Source: Raja brachyura (Eukaryota). Taken from it: a stretch of 64,000 nt of DNA. The number at the start of each line of letters is the position of its first letter. Position 1 is the first letter of the stretch. Of this stretch, positions 1 to 12,332 are shown piece by piece. The notes under the pieces were generated by a model. That model worked only from the letters and a program-made list of their open reading frames with translations, did not search any database and was not told where the DNA came from. The position numbers and the translations under genes were made by a program. The stretch lies in NCBI GenBank assembly GCA_963514005.1, contig OY740806.1:22196001-22260000 (forward strand), read 5' to 3'.

Positions 1-261
1 CAAAAGCCTTTATTGGTAGCATGGTGGACCAGGGTGCATACCACTGCTCCTGTCCATTCACAGTTCAAAAACAGAAAGAGGCTGTAACAACTGCCAGACT
101 AAATATTATGGTGTAAATAACAGTAGAGGTCAAACCTCTTAGCTCACTGTCACAACCCGTCTGATTTACCATGTGACCAGTGGTCCAATAGTGTACAAAT
201 ATACTGGCAAAAGTACTAGCATAAACTGGAGATGCGTAATAACCTTGGTATCTGATGGTCA

Positions 262-556
262 AAGCCCTTTTTTCCAGAGTAGGGGAATCTAAAACATGAG
301 GGCATAGGTTTAAGGTGAGGAAAGTTTAAAACGGACCTGAAGGGCAACTATTTCACATTGGTGGTAGATAAATGGAATGGAATGTCAGAGGAAGCTATAG
401 AGGTGGGTACAATCACAACACTACAAAAATATTTGGACAGGTCAATGGCTAGGAAAGGTTTAGAATGATATGCCAAACAGGACTAGCTCAGATGGACATC
501 TTGATTGCCATGGACGATTTGGGCAGGAAGGCCTTTTTTTCATTCTACAACTCTAC
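262..556 (+). mobile_element. CR1 3' fragment, diverged
   Basis: gggcataggtttaaggtgag...gaaggcc tail, similar to the 8098-8368 copy. Confidence 0.75.
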
Positions 557-594
557 ATACTTACTAAATTCAGTGAAGAAAATTAATGGCAAAA

Positions 595-790
595 GAACAA
601 AGTACTGGAGGAACTCTGTGGGTTAGGCAGTATCTGTGCTGGGATAGGACAGATGACCTTTTGACTTGGGATTCTTCAGTCTGAAGAGGGGTCCAGCCCC
701 AAAATGTCCATAGATGCTGCCTGACCTGCTGAGTTTGTCCAGCTCCTTGGATTTTGCTCAAGATTCCAGCCACTGCAATTTCTTGTCTCC
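595..790. mobile_element. Older palindromic Penelope-derived short element
   Basis: ctgaagaggggtccagccccaaaatgtc core with degenerate inverted arms. Confidence 0.65.
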
Positions 791-3700
791 GAAGCAAATT
801 AAGACTTGTCCATTTCAGTGCAAGTATCTTTTCAATTCTGTGATTGGCCTTAATTTCTGTTAGGAAGAAAAGTTTCTGGCACTATGAACGGACTCTTGAT
901 AATGTATAGTCTCATTTCATAAGATGTTATTTATTGTTGAATGTTAAAAGTAGTCATTTTTTTGAACAATTGCATTTATCTTTCTTAATTAAATATTTAA
1001 TTTTCTGTTTGCTTCGGATTTGGTACTGAATTCAATATTCTGGCCAAGGTTTCTTGTTATTTTTATCCTGCGAGGTTAATTAAGTACAAGGGCACTCACA
1101 CAGCTCAGAGATGCTCTGTTGGGGTCAAATGCACTTTGAGCATTGGGTCAATGGCTACTCTGATGTAAAACTGTCTTGTTAGTCTTCTGTTGCTGTCAGA
1201 TGGATTAAAACTACTCCCTAAATATTTCACCTTGATGAATTTTGCATGAAGGATTAACAACAGTGACGCAAGCTCACTGAATGAGGAACTAGTGGGTAAG
1301 GAAGATATCTAATACCTGAACTACTGAATCCTCCAGTACTGTTGAAACTACTTTAAACGTTTCCATCACATACTTAAGTGCTCTTGGAACATAGATACTA
1401 AATTAACTGTGAACACATCCACTTGGAATTGTAATGGGAATATTACAAAGATTTTTGTCTTGGGTTTTTTTCATTCATCGCTTGATTCATAATGAAGTCC
1501 ACAGAGCAAACAAAAGGAAAAGCTAACAGACTATTCAGCTTGCCAAAATAATTTGTGACATAAAAATCCTCTCTGGGGACTACTGAGATATAGCTCTTAG
1601 GGCTAACGGAATCAAGGGATATGGGAAGAAAGCAGGAACGGGGTACTAATTTCAGATGATCAGTCATGATCGTATTGAACGGCGTATCGTGTTGAATATT
1701 CATTGGAATATTATTTCCTTCTACATTCTTCCTGAATATTCTTCTTCAATTAGCTATTTCACTTCCAGCACTGAAAAAAAGCCAGGTTTGCTCTGAAATA
1801 ACGTTAGGACTACCTAATTTCGAATGCCAAGCCTTTGATGCTAAAATGCAATTATCCCCATATCAGTTGACAATTGCAAGAAAATAAGATGATAAATTAG
1901 AAGACTGCTTGTAAATAGCTATGATTCAATCAGGAACAAATAGATATTTAAAAAAAAATTACATTTCTGCAATAAAGTGGAACAGAAGTAACATTTTGCT
2001 TTCCAAAATGAAAAACTAATGTTCATGAGACACAATGCAGCAAAATACTGGCGAGATTGTGGTTTTCCACAGATTTAGTCCAACAGTTGTAAACATGGTT
2101 TCTGGCAACTTTTATTCTATGTCACCAGTATCCTAAATATCCAAGACTCTCCTTTTAATAATTCTTAAATGGAAATGGGGACAGCCATAACGAAACTAGC
2201 CAGCTTCTCTATCATTATCTTGAAGAAATAGAAGTAAGAAAGTAATTAATCCACCATGGTATCACACTTTGATGGCTCTCCATCAAGGAAAGATATACTG
2301 TATGATTGTCCACAGTGGTTTAAGCCAATTTCTGCTAATTTCATTTGATATTTCTCCCTTTTAAATTATTCACCTGACCATTTGCATCACTTTCAGATAA
2401 TTGATTCCTTAAATGAGATAATGGAGCAACTTAACTCGTCTCAATCCTCTATCAAACACTTATTTTATGCATTATATCGTCGACCCAAAACAAAGTGGCC
2501 ATGCCTTCCCCTCACACTTTAGTAAGAAATCTTTGGTGCTTTGTTGTATTTTCGAATTTAATAGGTAAGCATCAGATTCTGGGAGCAATACACATTCAAA
2601 TTATTTTAGTGCGATCTTACAGAAGCAACATCTCATTTGGTTTAGCATGATATTGTTATGGCAACATTCCCAATATGCTGCTAATGATTGCCATGGAAAG
2701 ACACATACATCTGAAATACATTTTGGTAAAAGGTGAGATGGAGGACATGTGGGACATGTTGAACAAAGAGAAACATATCCAGTGAGAAACCTTGTTCAAT
2801 GCAAGCTTTGCTGTAGTTTTACAATATTGTGGTAAAGAAATAATGGCAAGAGGTTCTGATTAAACATGTCTCGGCAAAGCAAATTGAGGTTGAGAATGGT
2901 GAAAATAAAATTATTTTTACGGATTTTCTGGACGGGAGGGGTGCATTAATCACCATGTTTTACAAATTATAAAAATCTATAAAAGGGTCAGGACATTTGC
3001 TTCTGTGATTTTATTTTTTTAGTTCATTTGCAGGATGCGGACATTGTTGTCAATGTCAGCATTTATTCACCATTTGTCTCAATGAGGGAAGGAGAGGAAT
3101 TAGTAAGTGGTCATTCGGGCTTCTGGTACAGTAAAATATCTAAACAGTCAGAACACTTGCAAGTTCTCTTTAAACTCACACGCTGTCCTGAATTGGAGAT
3201 GTTTTGCTGATTCTTCACACTCTCTGAATCTAAACCTTGGAACTCCCTCCTCAATAACCCTTTGGTTTTTTTTAACCCCCAGTGCTATTTGCATCTAGAG
3301 TCCACGTGTAAAATTAAATTTTCAGGGCTGGACAGATAATTTGATAGTAACAGATGGACAGAAATACTTTAAAAAGCAGACTCACTGTCACATCTTTGTG
3401 AATGGAGGGAATCGAGGGATATTGGTTATGTGCAGTTAGTTAAGCAATGGCCGTGGCATCATGTTCAGCACATACATTGTGGACCAAAGGGCCTGTTCTT
3501 GTGTTGTACTGTTCTATTTTCTATGTATTCCGAAGACTACAGTTAATATTGGAGATGTAAGAAAAATAAGCGTTATTTGCAATTTTTCTGCCTTTATTTT
3601 CACTTTCGATTAATCCCAGTTTTTGCTCCTGTTTATTTTAGAATTTAGAGAGAGAATTTGTCCTCTGTTGCTCATGTTGAGTTTTGATCGATTCAATTAT

Positions 3701-6700
3701 ACTTTGTACACAATGTACATGCATTATGGCCTCCTCTGTACATTTGATACAGAGGAGAAAGGAAGGTAGTCTGGTGGGATCCTTTAGCAAAGGAATATTG
3801 GAGCTCTGAAATAATATTACCAAAATAAGCCCATTAAAGTGACAGAAGAGATGCCTTCATTTATCTGGTGGTAGAATTGACTGAAACAGTAGTTGGGAGA
3901 GTGGAAACATGAGATTGCTGAGCCACAAGTTTTTTATGTTTTAGAAACAACCCTTCCTGTAAATGCAACAGTGGGATCATTTAATGCACAGAAATGCACA
4001 GTGCTGTCACACCAACATTATTGAAATTCGCATTATTCAGTCCTAATTTTTTAATATTTCTCAGGTATTATCGTTGTCCTCATTTTTATTCTATGAATGC
4101 TATTGTGCAACAGGCAGGTTATCCAATCAATGTGTAACTTAGCCCATCGTAGTTTGTTGGCAATATATAGATAGATGGCCTATCGAGCTGCGGCCTTGTA
4201 ACTGTCTGGCAAGCCACTCGAACAGATAAAAACCTATTTGTCTGGACACCACATGTTGGCCTGTGTAACTGAGGAAAAATTATTCAAAGTGGCATTGAGT
4301 CTGACATGAACAGAGGCACAGGCTTAGGCTATCAAGTTTGTTTCGCCTTCTGACTTTTCAATTAGCTCTTGGCTCATCCATCTCACTTCCTATTGCCCAG
4401 GTTCATCCTTTCCTTACTAACAACGGACTTGTTGTATTGAAAGAACAAACTTGGGTAAAAGAAAATGTCAATTGATTCATCTGCAACCTCTTTGGACAGT
4501 GAGTTTCACACTTACACTGTTCTTTACAAGATAAAGTGTTTTCTTATTTCAATTTATAATCTTAACATCCACAAGCAAGGAAATAATTTTCCTATAGGTA
4601 CATTACTGAATCCCTTAACCTTGATTAGACTTGCATGTTTACCTTGGAAATGGTATAACACAGCATGATACTGAGATTTTAGGGATGACATGGTAAGAAT
4701 AATTTATATGGTTGAAAGGTGATCTGACCCAGGTATGATCAGTGTCTAATATTATTTTGCTCAGTATGTATACAGAATAAATACTTTACATTGCAGAACT
4801 CCTCCGTTTATGCAAACAAGCCATCGGCATTTTGAATGAGAAATGCCAGCCACGTCGAAAAAATGTCCCAAAATCTCATTCCCCACGTCTCACATCAACA
4901 AATACATCCCAAAGCGCTATCATGCAGCAGAATATTTTCTGCTAAACTACTACTTTAATATCCTACAGTTTAGTTTCTTTATACATTTTTCCTGACTAAT
5001 TTCACTTTCATTTTCCCCTACATTTCTTCAAAGTCTATTTACCTTTCAAGCTGCATGCATCATTAATAAAGCATCTGTAAAAATGTCTCTCTACATAAAG
5101 ATTTCCGCTACAAAGAGATAATGTTCCTATCCAATATTTGTTGAGGCAGATGTCACATTAATTACACAGTACTATAAATATATCTCTCATATTTATAACC
5201 AGTACTTTTCCGAATAAACATTTTTTTCTCTCTTTAATCATGTTTTCACACTAAGCCAAAAGGAATTTAAACACAGAGGAGGATGTCATTATTCAAGTAC
5301 ATTTGCCCTGAACTTTCACACTAAGTTTGATCACATTTAAGATTTATGAGAGAAAGCTCTTGTCTCTGTTAACATTATTCAATGATTTCTCAAAAAGTAT
5401 TGCAGACTGTCATGAGTGGGATACTCTCACTTGTTCATTAACAAATGTTTCATTCAAACCATATACACTGTTAAATAAATCTCAGATTGCGCGTTTTGTT
5501 TAGTGTAATGGCAATGGGAACCAACGGAGAGATGGGAGTCATATTCCACACTTTTATAAATCATCGCAAGCTATTTAATGGATATCCCACCTGAGCCATT
5601 GAGTTACGGCAGACCTTTTAAAAACGGGTCACTTCCATAAACTCATATGCTTTCCATTTATTACGAGGGCAATTTTTCACTGTAAATGGATTTTTGCAAA
5701 TTGTGCATTAAATCGTTATCTGAGCATTATCATTCTGTTCAATGCCAAAGTGACATTTTATTGGCCAACGTAAGTGTTTTGATATAACATGCAAGTCAGA
5801 AATGTATTTATTTCCCTAAATCACTTAAGATTTGAGGTTTCACCAAATTTGTAATGAGGGTAACTATCCAAGTGATAGGTCAATATCCATTAACAAGTCT
5901 TGCACATTAATAGAAACTGATGGAAAGGATGGAAGAAATAAATTCTAGCAAGAGCAATATTACTTCATATTAATAACCCATCCCCTCTTCACTTTTCCCC
6001 AAAGACATTTAAATAGAGAAACAGCTAAATCTGAACATTTACTTTTTGATTGCTAGTTTATTAAATGCCAGATCTATTGTGACAATGTGAATATCCTATT
6101 GACATTTTATTAATTCATATCTGAGTATTAGGGGAAGCTTACTTTCATAATATCCAATTGGTTATCAGAACTGCAACATTCAAAGGTTTGCCCTGGAAAT
6201 TCTGATATTGTAATTTTCAATTAATTTCCTTGATAAAAAATCCATTTGATCCTCTTGAAAGCCAAGGAATTCAAACATCAATTCGATTATGTATCTCATA
6301 CAAACTAGCACTGTTAACAACAGGATGTTTGCTGATTTAATAAAAAATGAAAGTAAGTAATCAGATTTGTTACCAGTTCTTTATAATTGGACATCATACC
6401 AAAGAATACCAACATTGATCTCCATATATAATTATATAGGTCACAGGATTGATGAAGGGATTTTCTGTCCCAGTGATAGCATTCAACTTCATGGATAGAA
6501 ACCTGCTTTATTGCCATTTTTATAGTGTAAAAATTAATACAGGGCTTTACAAGTACAGGAGGAGGAGGCAAAGGAATGAATTAATCCACTAACGATTATT
6601 TAACTTGGCAACACGCACCTGACAAACTATCAAATGTGATTTCATTGATAAAAACATAATGGGTTAATCAACTGCCAAAGGCAGGTTTTCAAATTGAAAA

Positions 6701-7738
6701 CTCGTGGGATGATTTAAAGACAATGATTGTCAGTCCTGTCAGCATAGTAATAGTTTTAAAATAACCTTGAACCAGGTGAACAAATTATTTCCTTCACCTC
6801 CTTACCTGTTTAATAGAATGTTTGACAGCACCGTTTGGGTGAATCTCTCATAGTTGTTATGCACCTCCTAAATTCAATTTGTCACACTCACTCAATATAC
6901 AATTGTGAAAATTGTGATGTTGAGCTAAAGTGGAAACTATAAAAAGCTAATAAATGAATTAGAACCACCTTATACAGCATTTAACATTTTTCATGTCTGA
7001 TGGCATTTAACAGAAAGAGGTTTTTATTAGTTGAGACTAATAAAATTAATATGAGGGCCTTTCAGTAGAAATTAGAGAAAGGCCAGACAAATATTAACAA
7101 ATGGCAACAAGCTTGTGCCATTCCGCATTAAATTTCCATTATAGATCTTCCCTTTCTTGACGTATAACTTCACTGGTTAGATGTACTGTACATAAACAAT
7201 AAATTCAGCACCGGAATGATGCCATCTTAAATGGTAGATTGAGATGGAGCATAGGTATCTATTAGAAACTGTGACATTGCAAAGCAGCAAGATCTGGAGA
7301 AACACACAAACCATTTCACAGGATATATGCCATCAGTGACTGACCTGTTATGTTGAAACTATGAAGTCATCTTGGAGGGGATATGGTATTGATGGACAGA
7401 TAAATATTCCCCATTTAGACGTGTTTCCATATTCTTGGCATAAACTTATTACAAACTACATGTTTCTTCACAGCAATTTCTTCAAGCACTTAAACTAAGT
7501 AGGTTGGCAAATCAAAATATTGCCACCCTTTAATTAGACCTTTCCAGGGATATATACGAATATGGTGCTGATACTTCGAATGGTGGCAAAGGTAGCTACG
7601 AAAATAGCACTATAATACTGCTGTTTCCATGAGGCTAACTTCTACCACGGGGTGTGTACTTGACTTCTCTGAGCTGAGAAACACATTCTGTACATTGATT
7701 CACAATTCGTGTCAAATATTTTGTTAAACTAATATCTA

Positions 7739-7968
7739 TTACTTAAGCAGGGTTGTCTGCCCTTGTTGTTCTTCATGATCCACCTTCCCCAGAATGGCCA
7801 CTTCATCCTCAGGCTGGTGTCTGTACTTGTGAAACTCTTCCTTCATGGCAGAAAAATAACCATACGGATCCTGACGAGAGTGTCTCTTCTTCCTTTGGAG
7901 GTAGAGAATGCCTTGGGGCTGGAGAACCTGAGATTCACTGGGCTGCTGGACCTGTGAGATTAGAAAAC
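7739..7968 (-). CDS. IGSF9B: IGSF9B last coding exon (...LQRKKRHSRQDPY...QGQTTLLK*)
   Basis: Acceptor ttctttggtcag|, phase 1. 230 bp to TAA (followed by TAG). RKKRHSRxDP and terminal TLL resemble the long IGSF9B isoform. Confidence 0.9.
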
Positions 7969-8097
7969 CTGACCAAAGAAAGAAACAATAATTAGTCCTC
8001 ACTATCTCTCAATGAGAACTTTGGGGTTTGGGGGACCTTAACTACTTTGGAAAAAGAATTGACACCATTGATCTTTTTGCAGGCTGCTCTTTTGCAG

Positions 8098-8368
8098 GAA
8101 AAGATTTAGTAGGAATCTGAGGGGTAACCTTTTCACACGAAGGGTGGTGGGTGTATGGAACGAGCTGCCAGAGAAGGTGGTTGAGGCAGGGACTATCCCA
8201 ACATTTGAGAAACAGTTAGACAGGTACATGGATTGGACAGGTTTAGGGGGATATGGACCAAACGTGGGCAGGTGGGACTAATGTAGCTGGGACATGTTGG
8301 CCGGTGTGGACAAGATGGGCCGAAGGGCCTGTTTCCACACTGTATCACTCTATGAGTCTATGACTATA
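8098..8368 (+). mobile_element. CR1 3' fragment
   Basis: ttttcacacgaagggtggtgggtgtatggaacgagctgcc...gggccgaagggcctgtttcc...ctatga tail. Confidence 0.85.
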
Positions 8369-8595
8369 ACTAGAGAGGGACGGCACTAATTTAAAAATTA
8401 AATCTGCAGCACGACACTTTGCTGCAGAAAACATCATTCCATTTCCCATACCCAGTCACAAAACTGAAAAATGAAAAAAAAAACGGTAGAAAATAGCCTC
8501 TTTAATGAACACATTTTTTCACACCGAAGGATACAAAGTGCTGGAGGAACTCCGTGGGTCAGGCAGCATCTCTAGAGAACATGGATAGGTGATGT

Positions 8596-8800
8596 AAAGA
8601 AAGAATTGCTGATGCTGGTTTAAATCGAAGGTAGACACAACATGCTAGAGTAACTCAGCGGGACAGGCAGCATCTCTGGAGAGAAGGAATGGGTGACTTT
8701 TCGGGCCTGAATGTCTGAAGAAGGGTCTCGACCCGAAATGTCATCCATTTTTCTCCAGAGATGCTGCCAGTCCTGAGTTACTCCAGTGTTTTGTGTCTAT
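8596..8800. mobile_element. Palindromic Penelope-derived short element with a minimal hammerhead motif, nested in an older related copy
   Basis: 12-bp direct repeat GATAGGTGATGT at 8584-8595 and 8801-8812. Inverted arms. CTGAAGA-A-GGGTC-TC-GACCC-GAAA-TGTC at 8715-8742. Confidence 0.8.
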
Positions 8801-8922
8801 GATAGGTGATGTTAGTTTAGTTTAGTTTGTTATTGTCATGTGTACCGAGATACAGGGAAAAGCATTTTGTTGTGTGCTATCTAGTCAGCAAGAAGACGAT
8901 ACATGATTATGATCAAGCCATC

Positions 8923-9062
8923 NNNNNNNNNNNNNNNNNNNNNNNNNNNNNNNNNNNNNNNNNNNNNNNNNNNNNNNNNNNNNNNNNNNNNNNNNNNNNN
9001 NNNNNNNNNNNNNNNNNNNNNNNNNNNNNNNNNNNNNNNNNNNNNNNNNNNNNNNNNNNNNN
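8923..9062. other. Assembly gap (140 N)
   Basis: Run of N between repeats. Confidence 1.
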
Positions 9063-10097
9063 AGAACTGTAGATGCTGGTTTAAATTGAAGGTAGACACA
9101 AAATGTTGGAGTAACTCAGCGGGTCAGGAAGCATCTCTGGAGAGAAGGAATGGGTGATGTTTTGGGTCGAGACCTTTCAGACTGATGTCAGGGGAGGGGG
9201 TGGGACAAAGATAGAATGTAGTTGGAGACAGTAAGACTACTGGGAGAACTGGGAAGGGGGCGAGGATAGAGAGGAAAGCAAGGGTTATCTGAAGTCAATG
9301 TTCATACCGCTGGGGTGTAAACTACCCAAGCGAAATATGAGGTGCTGCACCTCCAATTTGCGGTGGGACTCACTCTGGACATGGAGGAGGCCCAGGACAG
9401 AAAGGTCAGATTCGGAATGGGAGGGGGAGTTGAAGTGCTGAGCCACCGGGAGATCAGGTAGGTTATGACGGACTGAGTGGAGGTGTTCAGTGAAATGATT
9501 GCCCAGCCTGCGCTTGGTCTCGCCGATGTAGAGAAGTTGACACCTGAAACAGCAAATACAGTAGATCAGGTTGGAGGAGGTGCAAGTAAACCTCTGCCTC
9601 ACCTAGAAAGACTGTTTGGGTCCGTGGACGGAGTCGAGGGGGGAGCTAAAGGGACAGGTGTTGCATCTCCTGCGGTGGGGGTGGTTTGGGTGGGAAGGAA
9701 CGAACTGACCAAGGTGTTTCGGAGCAAACGGTCTCTGCGGAAAGCAGAAAGGGGTGGAGATGGGAAGATGTGGGCAGTAGTGAGATCCCGTTGGAGGTGG
9801 CAAAACTGTTGGAGGATTATATGCTCGGCTGATGGGATGGAAGGCGAGGACAAGGGAGACTCTGTCCTTGTTACGAATGGGGGGAGAGGGAGCAGGAGTG
9901 GAGCTAGGGGAGATCAAGGAGACCGTAGTGAGAGCCTCATCCATAATGGAAGAGGGGAATGCCTGTTTTCTAAAGAATGAGGATATCTCCGATGCACTGG
10001 TATGGAATACCTCATCCTGAGCGCAGATACAGTGTAGACGGAGGAATTGGGAGTAGGGGATAGAGTTTACAGGAAGCAGGGTGGGAAGAAGTGTAGG
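9063..10097 (-). mobile_element. Penelope-like retroelement, 5'-truncated (RT thumb, GIY-YIG endonuclease, 3' region)
   Basis: NSIPYSQFLRL (RT C-terminus) and FTCTSSNLIYCICCFRCQLLYIGETKRRLGNHFTEH...GMN (GIY-YIG with CCHH). Frameshifts present. Degenerate hammerhead near 9155-9183. Confidence 0.92.
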
Positions 10098-10101
10098 TAT
10101 A

Positions 10102-10132
<31 letters not shown>
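10098..10132. repeat. (TA)n microsatellite at the Penelope truncation point
   Basis: Directly visible. Confidence 0.9.
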
Positions 10133-11900
10133 GTGTTCATTGTGAAGACCATTGATAGATAATATTTGAAAATAAAATTAAAACAAACACCTTTAATCAT
10201 CATTTGCAATCCACAAAAGCCTGAGGTCATCACTTTTCGTGCATATAATAACTGTAGGTCTCTGGCCAGGTCTTAAAGGTATTACAAGCACTACTGTGAT
10301 ACTGACGTTATATCACTAATTCAATGTGCACGCAAAATTTGCTTCAAATTGACCCAAAATTGGAAGCACAGCTCTCGACTGAAATCTCAACTGGGCCATA
10401 TGTTGCTCTTGGCTTTGTCAGCGGTCAATAATTATAGTGGACATATTCACTTATTTTCTTTTCATTTAAAAAAAAAGACCTTTTTATGACCCTGAATGGT
10501 CTCATCAAAATCTCTGGCAAAGAGAACAGAAAGAGGATGGGAAAAAAATAATTTAGTACAAAAACTTTACATATGTAATAAACAATTCTCTGACATACAG
10601 GGGTCAAAGTAACAACAAAAGGAAGCCAATCTTTGTGATCGGGACCCATTACTGTTCCAACATGCAAGAGCTCACGATGTTGCGGAGCTCACCAGGAACT
10701 GGTAAATTAATAGAAGGTTTTGAAAGAGCAATGCTCTGGAGAGGGTCACATCTAGGAACTATCTACTTGTGAGATAATAAAGGTCATTAAGGCTCTCCCT
10801 GGCCTTATAATAATCAATAACAGGATTTCCTAAGCACACTGTAATGGTCTCTTTAGAGTGCACTCTTTAGTTTTCTTATTGCCAAGCACCAATGTCTGGA
10901 AATGCCTGATAGTCCCATAGATGTCAACGAACCATGGATCAATTGATTCATCACATACTCTCAATCCTTTGGAAAAACACTTGAACAAAGTGCATCTCCC
11001 AACTCTGTACCAAATCTTTTCTTAAATTTAATTTCGAACCCTCACAATTAAAATTATTTTCTTATAATATTGAAAAGTGAGTGATTGTGACAGTTCAACA
11101 TCCGTTTCTCATTCTTTTTTACCTACCTGTAACTTCTGACTTGTTTGACTCACCATCCTCCCCCAACTCCCTCCCCCACCATCCTCCCCCACCCAACTCC
11201 ACCCACCAGGTTAAGACCCACCTGTGTCCACACCTAACCAGCTAAGCCAGAGAATGATTTCTCCCTGGTCCATTACCTCAAGCATTACCAAGGATTCTTG
11301 GGCCTCCCCTACATCAACATGCCGCCCATTGACAAAGTTATTTAAAAATGCCACTTACCACATGCATGCTGACAACCTCATCACCACCTACACTGACTGT
11401 TTTTTGCATCTAAATTTCAACATCCAGAGTTGGATGAACATATATTTCCTTCAATTAATTATATGGAAGACCTTAGTTATTATCTTTAGTTCTTGCCAAA
11501 TACTTTATTCTCTTCCTATCAATTCCAATTTTGTCACTATTATTAGGGCTGTCACATCATTAAAAGAACACTACTGAAACTTATCAATGACAGTTTGAGA
11601 TATATGTACACCTAAAATATTTGCAAGATAGTTATCAGCATTCTTTAAAATGCAACGTTAAATTATTTATACTAACTGGATTAGACAATGGGTTATAGCG
11701 TCAGGTAAAAGAATATAATATAAATGGCCTAAGTGCTCCAAAGTGATAATAAACAGCACCTAAAATCAATGCTGAAGATATAATGCACACAGTTGAACTA
11801 TTACTGAAGAACAACTTATGGAAGATGTGAATGCATTATTCATTCGCCTTCAGTCCTCATCGAAGTTATCTAATACCCGGTCCTATTTCTGTTCATCAAA

Positions 11901-12198
11901 TTTAGTTTAGTTTAGAGATACAGCACAGGAACAGGCCCTTCGGCCCACTGAGTCTGCACCGTCAGTGATCATCCCATACACTAGCACTATCCTACACACT
12001 AAGTACAATTTACAATCTTTGACAAAGCCAATGAACCTACAAACTTGTACGTCTTTGGAGGGTGGGAGAAAAATGGAGTACCCATGGGAAAACCCATGCA
12101 GTCATGAAGAGAGCGTACAAACTCCATACAGAGAGTACCCACAGTCAGGATTGAACCTGGGTCTCTGGAGCTGTAAGACGGCAACTCCACCGTGCCAC
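11901..12198 (-). mobile_element. tRNA-derived V-SINE (HE1-like)
   Basis: tRNA-like head, V-domain (gtatggagtttgtacg...ctcccaccctccaaagac), CR1-like tail and (CTAAA)n end. Confidence 0.88.
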
Positions 12199-12210
12199 TG
12201 AGTCACTCAC

Positions 12211-12332
12211 TGTTTTTTCGCTGTGGTTTTGAGGGGAGCTGGGTTGCCTTCTTGGGCTTTCTCACACGTTGATATCTCAGTCCTTCAAAGCTCGCAGGTA
12301 CAGCAGCCTCACCATGTGTATCCGGAGGCCTC
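12211..12332 (-). CDS. IGSF9B: IGSF9B penultimate coding exon (RPPDTHGEAAVPASFEGLRYQRVRKPKKATQLPSKPQRKN)
   Basis: Long polypyrimidine tract plus ttgcag|, donor A|gtgagt. 122 bp, phase 2 to 1. LRYQRVRKPKK resembles the recalled mammalian LKYQRIKKPKK. Confidence 0.88.

Noticed and set aside
8827-9157. ORFs containing X runs
   Set aside because: Artefacts of the assembly gap.
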